In this document: positions 28,098 to 37,001 of the stretch, piece after piece
Position numbering within the stretch: the stretch's first letter is position 1
How the letters are laid out: each line of letters starts with the position of its first letter
From: a virus
DNA: 64,000 nt
Reading direction: 5' to 3' (one strand)
Virus record (IMG/VR): IMGVR_UViG_3300025117_000042
Coordinates: 39,541-103,540 of that record
The notes under the pieces: model-generated
Databases searched by the model: none
Seen by the model: only the letters and a program-made list of their open reading frames with translations
Told to the model about the DNA's origin: nothing
Translations under genes and position numbers: made by a program

Positions 28098-29426
28098 ATG
28101 GAACTTGAGAAATTTGATGTTGATATGCAGCAAAAGGTACTTGCTGTAATGGTTCAAGATAGGATGTTCTTAGCTCAGGTGGCTGAGTTAGTGAAACCAT
28201 CGTACTTTGATTCAGAAGTGCTGGTAGATCTGGTAAGGATAACGGAGGATTACTACCGGGAATTTGGGGCAGCTCCTACGCCTTTAGCCTTATCCCATAG
28301 CACAAAAGAGTATCTGCTAGCAGCCAAAAAGAAAAATCCTTCCAGGTACTTCGACATGATCGAAGATATATTTTCTGACTCACTTCCAGAGAAGGATTAT
28401 ATTACAAAAACAACCATAGACTTTGTTCAGGCACACGAAATACGAAATTCGCTTGCGGAATGTGTAGACTTGTGGCAAAATCGGAATTTCAGCAAGATGA
28501 AGCAGATTTTAGACAAGTCTTTCAGCATTTCAGAGGTAAAACGCAGTGCTTACAGGTATTTCGATCCAGAGGCAATCAAAGAGCGATATACGCAAAACAC
28601 CGCAGAGCGGCTACCAACGGGCTATGCAGCGGTTGACAAGAGCATCGACGGAGGGCTATTGCCTGGGGAGCTGGGTATCGTCCTGGCACCTACCAACGTG
28701 GGGAAGTCGATCTGGCTTACGCTTTTTGGCAGCAATGCGCTCAAGCTGCGGAAGTCTGTTTTGCACGTTTCCTTGGAGATGGACAAGCAGCAGATCGGTA
28801 TCAGGTATGACCGTAATCTCACCGGTAAAACCAAGTCCCTACTGGCAGCAGGGGTTGATGATCTGGCTGAGTACCTTTTGGGGTTGCAGAAGTCGTACAA
28901 ATGTGATTTAATCATCGAAAAATTCCCCACCAGGGGGCTTTCTGTCGCGGAACTCAAAGCTTATTTGAACTTTTTAAGGTTAGATAACTTTGTTCCTGGC
29001 CTGATGTTGGTTGACTACGCATCTATTATGAAACCCTCCTCGAAACGGGGCAGTAGGCACGAAGAGATTGAAGAAACTGTTGAAGATTTGAGGGGTTTGG
29101 GCGACGAGTTTGGTATACCCGTATGGAGCGCAGCACAGACAAAGCAAAGTGCAGTCAATAAAAAGCGCATATCAGTCGAGGATTTAGGAGAAGCTTATGC
29201 TCAAGCAAAGGTAGCAGATGTAATTTTCGCTTTATGCCAAACACGATCAGAGAGCTTAAACGATCAGACACGGCTTTTCCTGGCGAAGAATCGTAACGGT
29301 AAAAAGTTTCAAACGTTCTTGTTTCATACGATCTATGACATTATGAGGGTAAGATTTGAGCAGGAGATAACTGATGCTGGCCCATCCGATGATGACGATG
29401 ACAAAGGAAAGGGCAAGCAGAAATGA
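28098..29426 (+). CDS. dnaB: Replicative DnaB/gp41-like helicase
   Basis: Walker A APTNVGKS, SLEM, VDY, WSAAQ and KNRNG motifs. Confidence 0.92.
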   Translation: MELEKFDVDMQQKVLAVMVQDRMFLAQVAELVKPSYFDSEVLVDLVRITEDYYREFGAAPTPLALSHSTKEYLLAAKKKNPSRYFDMIEDIFSDSLPEKDYITKTTIDFVQAHEIRNSLAECVDLWQNRNFSKMKQILDKSFSISEVKRSAYRYFDPEAIKERYTQNTAERLPTGYAAVDKSIDGGLLPGELGIVLAPTNVGKSIWLTLFGSNALKLRKSVLHVSLEMDKQQIGIRYDRNLTGKTKSLLAAGVDDLAEYLLGLQKSYKCDLIIEKFPTRGLSVAELKAYLNFLRLDNFVPGLMLVDYASIMKPSSKRGSRHEEIEETVEDLRGLGDEFGIPVWSAAQTKQSAVNKKRISVEDLGEAYAQAKVADVIFALCQTRSESLNDQTRLFLAKNRNGKKFQTFLFHTIYDIMRVRFEQEITDAGPSDDDDDKGKGKQK

Positions 29427-30451
29427 GTACTCTCCGGTTTGCATTGACAGAAGCTGGCGTAAAGACAAAGCCACTCCCAAAGAAGACCGAATTTGCCATT
29501 AAGTGCTTTAAGTGCAATGACACTGGTATGCACATGTATGTGAATGAAGGGGTTGTAAGGGAAGGAGTCAGAGGCTGGTGTTACTGTCATAGAAGAGGGT
29601 GTGTAGCTACAGTAAAGCAACTTGCTATACATTATCAACTATTATATGATTACGATAGCTATAGAGCTGGTGTTACCACTACAGAGGCAGTGCTTACAAA
29701 GCTAGCCAATTTGGGATTCGAACAGCCAGTAGGCAAGATCAGTATACAAGATAGTTGGTTCAATTTCGATCAGTTTGAGAGTCCTTTAACGTCTAAGTCA
29801 TTTTTCGCACAAAAGGCTAAGACCTATCTCAACAATAGACGAGGCTTTTCAGATCCTCTAATAGCTTTATATGACTTTCGCTTTGCTGATGCAGGGGATT
29901 ATGCCGGAAGGATCATCATCCCATTTACGGAACGTGGCGAATTAGTTTATTTTCAGGCTAGAAGTTATCTGTTAGCATCGACGTTAAAGGTTCTCAATCC
30001 TCCAGAAGGTGTGTTTATAGGGGGGAAGTCTGAATACCTGTACAATTTTGATAGAGCAAGGCTATTTCCAACTGTTGTAATAGCTGAAGGCTGGGCATCT
30101 GCTGTGTCTTGCGGTTTGAATGGGGTTGCGATCAATGGCAATGCCGCTTCTGACATACAGCTCGAAAAGCTATTAGAATATTGGGATAACTACGTTGTAG
30201 TTCTGGATAATGGAGTGGAAGATAAAACATTCGATTTGGCTGAAAGCCTGTTGCACAGGAAACCTAAATCCAATGTGAGTATAGTACTGCTTCCCGAAGG
30301 CGATCCAAATGACTACACATTCAAAGAGATGAAGACATTTATTAGCAATGCTAAGAGATATCATTCAGTCTCTGAGATAAAAGCCGAAGCTATCAAATTC
30401 CCTGCCAGAGGACATGATGATAAAAATAATCAAAGGGATAAACAGCAGTAA
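29423..30451 (+). CDS. DNA primase (Zn finger + TOPRIM)
   Basis: CxxC...CH.xC; GRIIIP, FQAR, EG, LDN and DPND motifs. Confidence 0.88.
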   Translation: MSTLRFALTEAGVKTKPLPKKTEFAIKCFKCNDTGMHMYVNEGVVREGVRGWCYCHRRGCVATVKQLAIHYQLLYDYDSYRAGVTTTEAVLTKLANLGFEQPVGKISIQDSWFNFDQFESPLTSKSFFAQKAKTYLNNRRGFSDPLIALYDFRFADAGDYAGRIIIPFTERGELVYFQARSYLLASTLKVLNPPEGVFIGGKSEYLYNFDRARLFPTVVIAEGWASAVSCGLNGVAINGNAASDIQLEKLLEYWDNYVVVLDNGVEDKTFDLAESLLHRKPKSNVSIVLLPEGDPNDYTFKEMKTFISNAKRYHSVSEIKAEAIKFPARGHDDKNNQRDKQQ

Positions 30452-31829
30452 AGTAGTAACAGATGACGCAAAAGTTTTAATAGAATTAGATGAATTGTTT
30501 GCTTTCAAAGTTCCAGGTTGTGAGTTTGTCGATGCCTACAAGAGGAAGCTATGGGATGGTAAGTCTCATATGTTCAGTAGGTTAACCGGCAAGTTCAACA
30601 CTGGTCTTCTCCCAAGAGTAGTTGATGAAATATACAAGCTTACATCAACTATGCCTACCATAGAAACAACCTACGATCTACTTATTTCAAAGAAACCGAT
30701 AATAGATAAACTGAATGGAATAGAGCTACGACAGTACCAGACTGAAGCAGCTGATGCATTCATGCGTCCTGGTCGAGGTATCGTCAAAGCAGCAACCAAC
30801 TCTGGAAAGACAGAGATAATGGCTGAACTGTTACGAAGGATCAATAGACCTTCTATAGTTCTATTACATAGACAGGAGATTATGTATCAAACAGCAGAAC
30901 GTCTGGAGGAGAGACTATCTGTTCCTGTTGGGATTATTGGTGATAATAATTCTAATATCAAAGATATAACAGTAGTAATGTTTCAGTCAATAACAGAGCG
31001 GAAAGCTGTAAAGAACACTTTTGGGCAAACAAAGAAATCCAAAGCATGGAGAATGAAAGATGAATATAAGCATCTTTGTGATCAGCCTGTACTGTTCTTT
31101 GATGAGTGTCATAATATATCTGATGACAGAGCTAAGATAGTGGCTAAAGAGAGTAAGGCTATATTTCGAGGTGCGTTTTCAGGTACACCTTTGCTGCATG
31201 ATGAAATAACCAATTTGACTCTTGAGGGTCTGTTTGGTGGTGTTGTTTATGAAATATCTAATAAAGAACTTATAGCTTTGGGTGTATCCTCAATCCCGGT
31301 CTGCCACATAATGAAGATCGACACAAAGGGTATTCTGTCTGCCGACTATGCGAAAGCCTACGATAAAGGGGTAGTGTATAGTAGTACCAGGAATGGGGCT
31401 ATAAGGGAGATAGCTGTCAACCATGCTAACGAGGGGAAGAGTGTTCTTATAATAGCAAGGGAGCATAATCATATTATGAACCTGATGGAGCTTATACCAG
31501 GGGCAGAGTATGTGCATGGGGCTATGCCGAGTAAAACCAGGAGAGCCAGATTATTGGCCTTCAAGCAGGGTAAGATTAAAACTCTCATATCATCCACCAT
31601 TCTTGATGAGGGTGTTGATATCTCTAATATAGAGGTGCTGATACTTGCAGCCGGGGGGAAATCCAGTATCAAGATCTTGCAGAGAATCGGTAGGGGGTTA
31701 CGTGCCAACGAGTCGATGCAGCTGGCTGTATATGATTTTATGGATATAGGGAATTGGTATCTTTTGGATCATTCGCAGCAGAGGATACAGATGTTGAAAT
31801 CGGAGGGGTTCAGGGTAAAATTGGGCTAA
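30414..31829 (+). CDS. SF2 DExH helicase (UvsW-like)
   Basis: LRQYQ, ATNSGKT, DECH, SGTP and QRIGRGLR motifs. Confidence 0.92.
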   Translation: MMIKIIKGINSSKVVTDDAKVLIELDELFAFKVPGCEFVDAYKRKLWDGKSHMFSRLTGKFNTGLLPRVVDEIYKLTSTMPTIETTYDLLISKKPIIDKLNGIELRQYQTEAADAFMRPGRGIVKAATNSGKTEIMAELLRRINRPSIVLLHRQEIMYQTAERLEERLSVPVGIIGDNNSNIKDITVVMFQSITERKAVKNTFGQTKKSKAWRMKDEYKHLCDQPVLFFDECHNISDDRAKIVAKESKAIFRGAFSGTPLLHDEITNLTLEGLFGGVVYEISNKELIALGVSSIPVCHIMKIDTKGILSADYAKAYDKGVVYSSTRNGAIREIAVNHANEGKSVLIIAREHNHIMNLMELIPGAEYVHGAMPSKTRRARLLAFKQGKIKTLISSTILDEGVDISNIEVLILAAGGKSSIKILQRIGRGLRANESMQLAVYDFMDIGNWYLLDHSQQRIQMLKSEGFRVKLG

Positions 31830-31848
31830 ACGACTGTTTTTTCCAGGG

Positions 31849-31910
31849 AAAAAATATATTATAAAAGTGCTTGCATTGTTGTGTAGTTTTGATATTATAT
31901 CAGTGTAGCA
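31849..31910 (+). promoter_or_regulatory. Early sigma70-type promoter, copy 1 of a ~62-bp direct repeat
   Basis: A/T UP tract; TTGCAT-16-TATTAT with TGn extension; palindrome TGATAT-T-ATATCA over the -10. Confidence 0.8.
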
Positions 31911-31912
31911 TG

Positions 31913-31926
31913 TTGATCTTTGAAAT
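31913..31926 (+). promoter_or_regulatory. boxA-like antitermination element
   Basis: TTGATCTTTGAAAT resembles the rrn leader boxA and sits between the promoter and the ncRNA. Confidence 0.45.
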
Positions 31927-31929
31927 TAC

Positions 31930-32070
31930 GGGGCTTTCGTTCAACCGTGTTTAGGACACTCAGACCCGAACATCTTTTTAATTAGTACCTAAGCTTGAAC
32001 CTACCGGGGGTTCGCTAGGGGAAATGTAAAGAGGTGCTGAGAGATGTGGGTTCGATACCTACAAGCCTCC
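31930..32070 (+). ncRNA. tRNA-like RNA with a 66-nt hairpin in the anticodon arm
   Basis: Acceptor GGGGCTT/AAGCCTC; D stem GTTC/GGAC; anticodon stem CTCAG/CTGAG; T arm GTGGG-TTCGATA-CCTAC; 73 nt between the anticodon-stem strands. Confidence 0.8.
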
Positions 32071-32072
32071 GC

Positions 32073-32135
32073 AAAAAATATATTATAAAATGTGCTTGCA
32101 ATGTTATGGAAGTTTGATATTATATCAGTGTAGCA
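32073..32135 (+). promoter_or_regulatory. Early sigma70-type promoter, copy 2 of the direct repeat
   Basis: TTGCAA-16-TATTAT, near-identical to 31849-31910. Confidence 0.8.
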
Positions 32136-32168
32136 ACAACGCAGGTTGCCCAAACGAAAGGAGATATT

Positions 32169-32999
32169 ATGTTTACATCTACTAAAGTTCTCACCCCTGA
32201 GCAGCTGCGCCGGTCTGTACCTTCAGCTTTTGCCGTTGAAGCTCATGAGTCCATGAGTGATCGTTATGGCTTCATCTCTACTGAGCAGGTTATCAATGCT
32301 CTCGTTAATGAAGGTTTCCTTCCAGTGTATGCACGTCAAACCAATGTACGAGATAAAGGTAAGCAGGACTACACAAAGCATCTGATACGGTTCCGGCATG
32401 TCGATGTTAAGCCTGTTGTCGGGGATGTGTTCCCTGAGATAGTGCTTGTCAACTCCCATGATGGCCTGAGCAAGTACAAGATGGATGCAGGGCTGCTCCG
32501 GTTGGCTTGCTACAACGGCATGGTTGTGGGGGAAGGCACCATCTCTCAGGTAGCTATCCGCCACAATAAAAACGTGGTCGATGGGGTACTGGAAGCAGCC
32601 TTTGAAATCACTGAGCAGGTTCCTTTGATAGCCGGGGCTGTAGAAGAGATGCGAAGGGTTATGCTGAACTATGAAGAGCGTCTGGTTTTGGCTAAGGCGG
32701 CTTTGGTTTTCAGGTACGAAAAAGAGCCGGAAGACCTGGAAGAGATACCAGTTAAACCAGGGCAGCTTCTTCAGGTACGTAGGTATCAGGATAAGGAAGT
32801 ACAAAATACACTGTGGGGTACTTATAATATTGTTCAGGAGAACTTGACGAAGGGTGGGGTTCATTACAACAGAGTGAATCCCGAAACTCACAGGGTACGG
32901 CATCAGACAACCAGGGAAATTAAGTCGATCAGCGAAGATATCAAGCTGAATAAAGCTCTCTGGACATTGGCAGAGGAGATGAAGAACATTAAAGGGTAA
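32169..32999 (+). CDS. DUF932/DUF945-family protein
   Basis: SDRY.FI.T, KH..RFR, NSHDG.S, RL.C.NG, TLW..YN..QEN and LN.ALW motifs. Confidence 0.88.
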   Translation: MFTSTKVLTPEQLRRSVPSAFAVEAHESMSDRYGFISTEQVINALVNEGFLPVYARQTNVRDKGKQDYTKHLIRFRHVDVKPVVGDVFPEIVLVNSHDGLSKYKMDAGLLRLACYNGMVVGEGTISQVAIRHNKNVVDGVLEAAFEITEQVPLIAGAVEEMRRVMLNYEERLVLAKAALVFRYEKEPEDLEEIPVKPGQLLQVRRYQDKEVQNTLWGTYNIVQENLTKGGVHYNRVNPETHRVRHQTTREIKSISEDIKLNKALWTLAEEMKNIKG

Positions 33000-33000
33000 T

Positions 33001-33046
33001 TACCTTTAAGGGGGGTCTGGTCAGAGCAGACTTCTCAATTGAGGTA
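33001..33046 (+). other. Long intergenic stem-loop without U-tract
   Basis: TACCTTTAA-GGGGGTCTG...CAGACTTCTC-AATTGAGGTA. Confidence 0.5.
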
Positions 33047-33070
33047 GTCACCAAGGAAAGGGGGCTTATC

Positions 33071-33310
33071 ATGGAAGCGAATAATAGACAGATTCGTGGA
33101 GATAAGTATATTCTATTAGAGAAACCTTACAACAAGGCGGATAATAATTTGACTGTAGTGCTTGCGACTTGGAAGGATGAGTTATGTACATGGGTATACA
33201 ATAAAATAGATGGTTCCTTCTGCTGGGGGCATTACTTCAACAACAAGGAGCGTGAAGAGAACGTAAAAGCAGCCCTGGACGACTTTAACAGTAGGGGGTT
33301 AGTACAATGA
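33071..33310 (+). CDS. Hypothetical early protein
   Basis: SD present; TW.Y......F.WGHYF motif. Confidence 0.6.
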   Translation: MEANNRQIRGDKYILLEKPYNKADNNLTVVLATWKDELCTWVYNKIDGSFCWGHYFNNKEREENVKAALDDFNSRGLVQ

Positions 33311-33993
33311 CTTGGGATGATGTGTACGCAAAAGCTGAAAAGCTTATAAGTATCAAGGCTTACCAGTGGCAGAGGGAAGAGCATTTTGCGCTGAACAGAG
33401 AAGATCTAATAGCTGAAGGTTGGCTAGCCTACTCTGCTCTGCTTGCCAGTACCAGAAGTAGGAACCTGGAGCCTCTGGAGTTTTGGAAGATATTTACATC
33501 CAGTTTGCATGGTCATATGTGGAACTTGTATCGGGATCATAAGACCAGAGCTAAACGAGCAGAAGGTGAACGGGCTTATGCTCCAGGTGGTTCAGGCCAT
33601 GATGTAGATCTATCTGATATCTTTGAGTTCATCGGTGCTGAGGGCTTTGAGTTATGTCTAATAGATGAGTACTGCAACGAGGTGCGATCTATTATTAAAG
33701 ACAACGCTAATCTGTTGGAGCTTTTTGAAGTTCTAATAAATCCACCTGCTGAGGTAGAGGATATGGCACTAGCTACACATAAGCGTAGATGCAGACTGCA
33801 TGCACAAGGTCAACATGTACGAGGCTTGAATCTGGTTGCACCTGATGATAACCACTTTGCGAAGTTCCTGGGATGGAGCAGCAGCAAGCTGTACAAATAT
33901 CGGAAGCAGCTGGAGCATATTGTGGAGAGGGTAATCCAGTTGCATTCCAACGGGATGAGCAGCTATAAGCTGGGGCATTTTACGTTAGGCTGA
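33307..33993 (+). CDS. Phage sigma-factor-like protein
   Basis: Region-2-like REDL.AEGWL and a C-terminal HTH-like A.FLG.S...YKY...L. Confidence 0.6.
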   Translation: MTWDDVYAKAEKLISIKAYQWQREEHFALNREDLIAEGWLAYSALLASTRSRNLEPLEFWKIFTSSLHGHMWNLYRDHKTRAKRAEGERAYAPGGSGHDVDLSDIFEFIGAEGFELCLIDEYCNEVRSIIKDNANLLELFEVLINPPAEVEDMALATHKRRCRLHAQGQHVRGLNLVAPDDNHFAKFLGWSSSKLYKYRKQLEHIVERVIQLHSNGMSSYKLGHFTLG

Positions 33994-34080
33994 AATAGTT
34001 TGACAATATAATGTAAAAGTGGTGATTTATAATAGTAAGAGGGAACTGGCAATTAACTATTAAAAAAGGAGAAGGACAAA

Positions 34081-34923
34081 ATGGCTGAGAATCTGAAAAC
34101 ACTTTATGAGACTGCTGATGACTGCTTTGGGAAGATGCCGGATCTGACTGAACCTGAATGCGTTAAGTGCCACAACCTTGAAGCTTGTCAGGCGTGGAAA
34201 GCAGCTGGGGGCGATCCTGCGGGTAAGGTTGAGAAACCGGCTAAAGTCAAAAAAGGCGGGAAAAAGCCTGTCGAGGAGCCTAAGCAGGAAGAGCCTGAAG
34301 TTATTACTGAGCGGGAAGAAATGACACCTGAACCTGGGCCTGAGCCTGAAGTTATTACCGAGCGGGAAGATGCACCAGAAGTAGTAGCTGAACCGGCCAA
34401 AGAACCGGCCAAAGGTAAAGGGAAACAGGCTAAAGCTCCTGCTAAACCTGAGAAGAAAGCTCCTGCGAAACCGGCCAAAAAAGAGGCGGCAAAGAAAGCA
34501 TCGGCAAAGAAAGCCGATGTGAAAAAGGAAGCTCCTAAATCAGTCGAGAAACCCGCTAAAAAGGGTAGCGAGGGTAAGGCTAAGGGTAAAAAAGAAAAAC
34601 CAGCTCAGAAGGCAAATGTGAAGGCTGAGAAGCCAAAAAAAGTTACTGAGCGTAAACCGGTCGATGAACATGGTTTCCGTATCGGCACCAAGACAGCAAG
34701 GTATTTTGCCCTGTTGCAGGAAGGAACGCACACGGCAGATGATATTATCAAAATCACTTCCAAAGAGTTCAAGTGTCCGATGTTGAACAACTATGGAACG
34801 TTCAAAGTCTTCCTGTCACATCTCCAGAGCGTACCGGAAGAAGGCGGCAATAAGAAGTACTCTGCAAGTCGAGGGATCAAGGTTCACCAGGATGAGAGCG
34901 GTGTTCTGAGTCTTCGGAAGTAA
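34081..34923 (+). CDS. Lys/Ala/Pro-rich histone-H1-like DNA-binding protein
   Basis: N-terminal CFG...C..C....C; central PAKK repeats; C-terminal wHTH-like domain; strong SD. Confidence 0.55.
   Translation: MAENLKTLYETADDCFGKMPDLTEPECVKCHNLEACQAWKAAGGDPAGKVEKPAKVKKGGKKPVEEPKQEEPEVITEREEMTPEPGPEPEVITEREDAPEVVAEPAKEPAKGKGKQAKAPAKPEKKAPAKPAKKEAAKKASAKKADVKKEAPKSVEKPAKKGSEGKAKGKKEKPAQKANVKAEKPKKVTERKPVDEHGFRIGTKTARYFALLQEGTHTADDIIKITSKEFKCPMLNNYGTFKVFLSHLQSVPEEGGNKKYSASRGIKVHQDESGVLSLRK
34291..34370 (+). repeat. Intragenic 29-bp duplication (EPEVITERE x2)
   Basis: GAGCCTGAAGTTATTAC(T/C)GAGCGGGAAGA occurs twice. Confidence 0.8.
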
Positions 34924-34929
34924 AGGTAG

Positions 34930-34966
34930 GGTTCCCCGGTTGGTCATGGGGATTGACCGGGGAATT
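34930..34966 (+). terminator. 16-bp hairpin after the H1-like gene (terminator or processing site)
   Basis: GGTTCCCCGGTTGGTC-ATGGG-GATTGACCGGGGAATT; weak U tail. Confidence 0.5.
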
Positions 34967-35132
34967 ACACACAAGAAAGGGGTTGGTGATGGAACGCAAG
35001 GTTAGGTTTTGTTTCCCAAGTTTTCTTTGGTTTCATACAGGCAAGGTAGTGAAGGAGAATTCAGATGGCAGCATGGTTGTGGAGGTAGAGATACCAAAAA
35101 GCTGTCTATTACAAGATTAAAAGGAGGCTCAT

Positions 35133-35315
35133 ATGAAAAGACGAGAAATCTATGATGGGCGTAAAGGTCGGTTGCGGAAAGAAGCAGAAGAACGCAACAC
35201 AAAATGGGCTGCTCTAACTCCCGCAGAACAGCTCAGGGAGCTGGATAGACGAGGTGTGGTTGCAGAGAAACAGCGAACACGGATTTTGAAAAAGCTTTCG
35301 GCAAATATACAGTAA
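35133..35315 (+). CDS. Small basic hypothetical protein
   Basis: AGGAGG SD; W..LTP.EQL.ELD.R motif. Confidence 0.6.
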   Translation: MKRREIYDGRKGRLRKEAEERNTKWAALTPAEQLRELDRRGVVAEKQRTRILKKLSANIQ

Positions 35316-35329
35316 ATATTCTATGGCAG

Positions 35330-35369
35330 CAGGGGTAGCGTACCTATACAAGGTGCTACCCTTGTTTTG
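35330..35369 (+). terminator. Intrinsic terminator ending the early island
   Basis: CAGGGGTAGCGTACC...AGGTGCTACCCTTG-TTTT. Confidence 0.65.
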
Positions 35370-35387
35370 TCTTTAAGGTACTGAATT

Positions 35388-36566
35388 ATGCAATGTGAAT
35401 TCTCAGAAAGCTGTAGTCTGCATGGTTCCTGTAACAGCCCTAAGATCAGAATTGAAGGAAAGGTAAACCCTGATGTGCTGATCATTAGCGACTGCCCACA
35501 TGCTGAGGATGATAATTGTAACAGCGTCCTGGTAGGTGAAGGTGGGGAGCTGTTACGTGAAGCTTTGAGGGGCAATGGTTTTAATCTTAGCAAAGTAGCT
35601 TATACGTTTGTGGTGAAATGTAGACCTACGCAACAGAAGTGGGGTAAGATCGTAAATCGTGATCCTTCAGACAAGGAAGTAAAAACGTGTAAGCCTTTTG
35701 TATTAGCAGAGATAGAGGTATTCAAGCCAAAGATCATCCTCCTACTAGGCTCTGTAGCGTTCAAGGCTGTATTAGATGGTAAGGGGATCATGGCTAACCG
35801 GGGAAGGCTGTTTGAATACAACGGTATCCCGGTCATTCCGACCCTTCACCCTGATATGGTTATTAGAGATGATACACATCTAAATCCTTTCGTTAAAGAT
35901 ATCGAAACCCTGTGGAAGTTCTTCACCGGCACTATGCCAGTAGAGGAAAAGCCTACTGATTATATTCTCTGTGACACCAAACAAAAACTAGATGATCTAA
36001 TAGACTATGCTTCAGATAAAGATGAGTCAGCAGTTGACTTAGAAACATCTACTCTCAACATGTTTAAGGATGATTCACAGATCGTATGCTGTAGTTTTTC
36101 CTTCTTCGAATATGAAGCTCACATAATACCTTTGTATAATAAACAACAAATTTTTACCGGCAAGATGTTGAATTACGCAAAAGCGGTGTTAAAGATATTA
36201 TGTGAGTCTGAAATTAGGAAGATCCTTCAAAATGGTAAGTTCGATATCAAGTACCTGGAAGTGACGGAAGGTATTCTATTAAACAACATGGTTTCAGATA
36301 TCATGATGAAGTCCTACCTGTTCAATGAAGAGGCTAAAACACATGCTCTGGATTATCTGGTGTGGCAGTATGTGCCGGAAATGGGGAGCTATTGGGATGG
36401 TCTGGAGCAGTACAAGGCAGAGCACAAGGATTGTGATCCTGAGCAAGGCGGGACGTACAGGAATATTCCTTGGAAAGTAATGATACCTTATGTTGGAGCA
36501 GATACTGATGCTACTATTAGAATAGATCATCGGCTGAATGATTTACTGAAAGGAAAACAACCATGA
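35388..36566 (+). CDS. DNA polymerase N-terminal subunit: family-4 UDG-like domain + 3'-5' exonuclease
   Basis: Fe-S cysteines, VKCRP and TLHP (UDG-4); ExoI DLETS, ExoII QNGKFD, ExoIII Y..AD.D. Confidence 0.85.
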   Translation: MQCEFSESCSLHGSCNSPKIRIEGKVNPDVLIISDCPHAEDDNCNSVLVGEGGELLREALRGNGFNLSKVAYTFVVKCRPTQQKWGKIVNRDPSDKEVKTCKPFVLAEIEVFKPKIILLLGSVAFKAVLDGKGIMANRGRLFEYNGIPVIPTLHPDMVIRDDTHLNPFVKDIETLWKFFTGTMPVEEKPTDYILCDTKQKLDDLIDYASDKDESAVDLETSTLNMFKDDSQIVCCSFSFFEYEAHIIPLYNKQQIFTGKMLNYAKAVLKILCESEIRKILQNGKFDIKYLEVTEGILLNNMVSDIMMKSYLFNEEAKTHALDYLVWQYVPEMGSYWDGLEQYKAEHKDCDPEQGGTYRNIPWKVMIPYVGADTDATIRIDHRLNDLLKGKQP

Positions 36567-36982
36567 AGATCTACATTGCATCTTGTAACCAAAACGTAGC
36601 AAGATCAGTTGCAGATTGTCTATTAAAAGAAGGTGGGTTTGAGATAGTGTCTACCTGGATCTATAAGGAGTTTAGCCGTACAGCAGATCTTACTGTTGAG
36701 GAACGGATTGAGATAGCTACCAGGGACACCAAGGAAGTATGCAGCGCCGATGCTTTGGTATTGTGTAGCGGGATACAACACTTTGCTGGCGGGAAGCATG
36801 TAGAAGCTGGCATAGCTATCGGTAGAGGCATTCCAGTTATAATATATGGTCATATAGAAAACATGCTTTATTGGAATCCAGATGTAGAGTGTTACAGTAA
36901 TATGGGCGAAGTACTACTGAGTCTAATAGCAAAGAAGCATGCGAAATATGATTATGTCTCTGAACACTTCACAAGAGGGTAA
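36563..36982 (+). CDS. Nucleoside 2-deoxyribosyltransferase/DNPH1-like N-glycosidase
   Basis: KIYIAS...D...V..AD.LV...GG.HVE.G.A...G.PV pattern. Confidence 0.7.
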   Translation: MKIYIASCNQNVARSVADCLLKEGGFEIVSTWIYKEFSRTADLTVEERIEIATRDTKEVCSADALVLCSGIQHFAGGKHVEAGIAIGRGIPVIIYGHIENMLYWNPDVECYSNMGEVLLSLIAKKHAKYDYVSEHFTRG

Positions 36983-37001
36983 AAGAGAGGAGTTATTGTC
37001 T

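Noticed and set aside
31930-32070. tmRNA, canonical tRNA-Arg(CCG), or group I intron-containing tRNA
   Set aside because: It has a paired D stem, no G3-U70 in the best register and no tag ORF. It lacks U33 and the D-loop GG. The 66-nt insert is too short for a group I core.
32223-32903. 226-aa minus-strand ORF
   Set aside because: Antisense shadow of the DUF932 gene.
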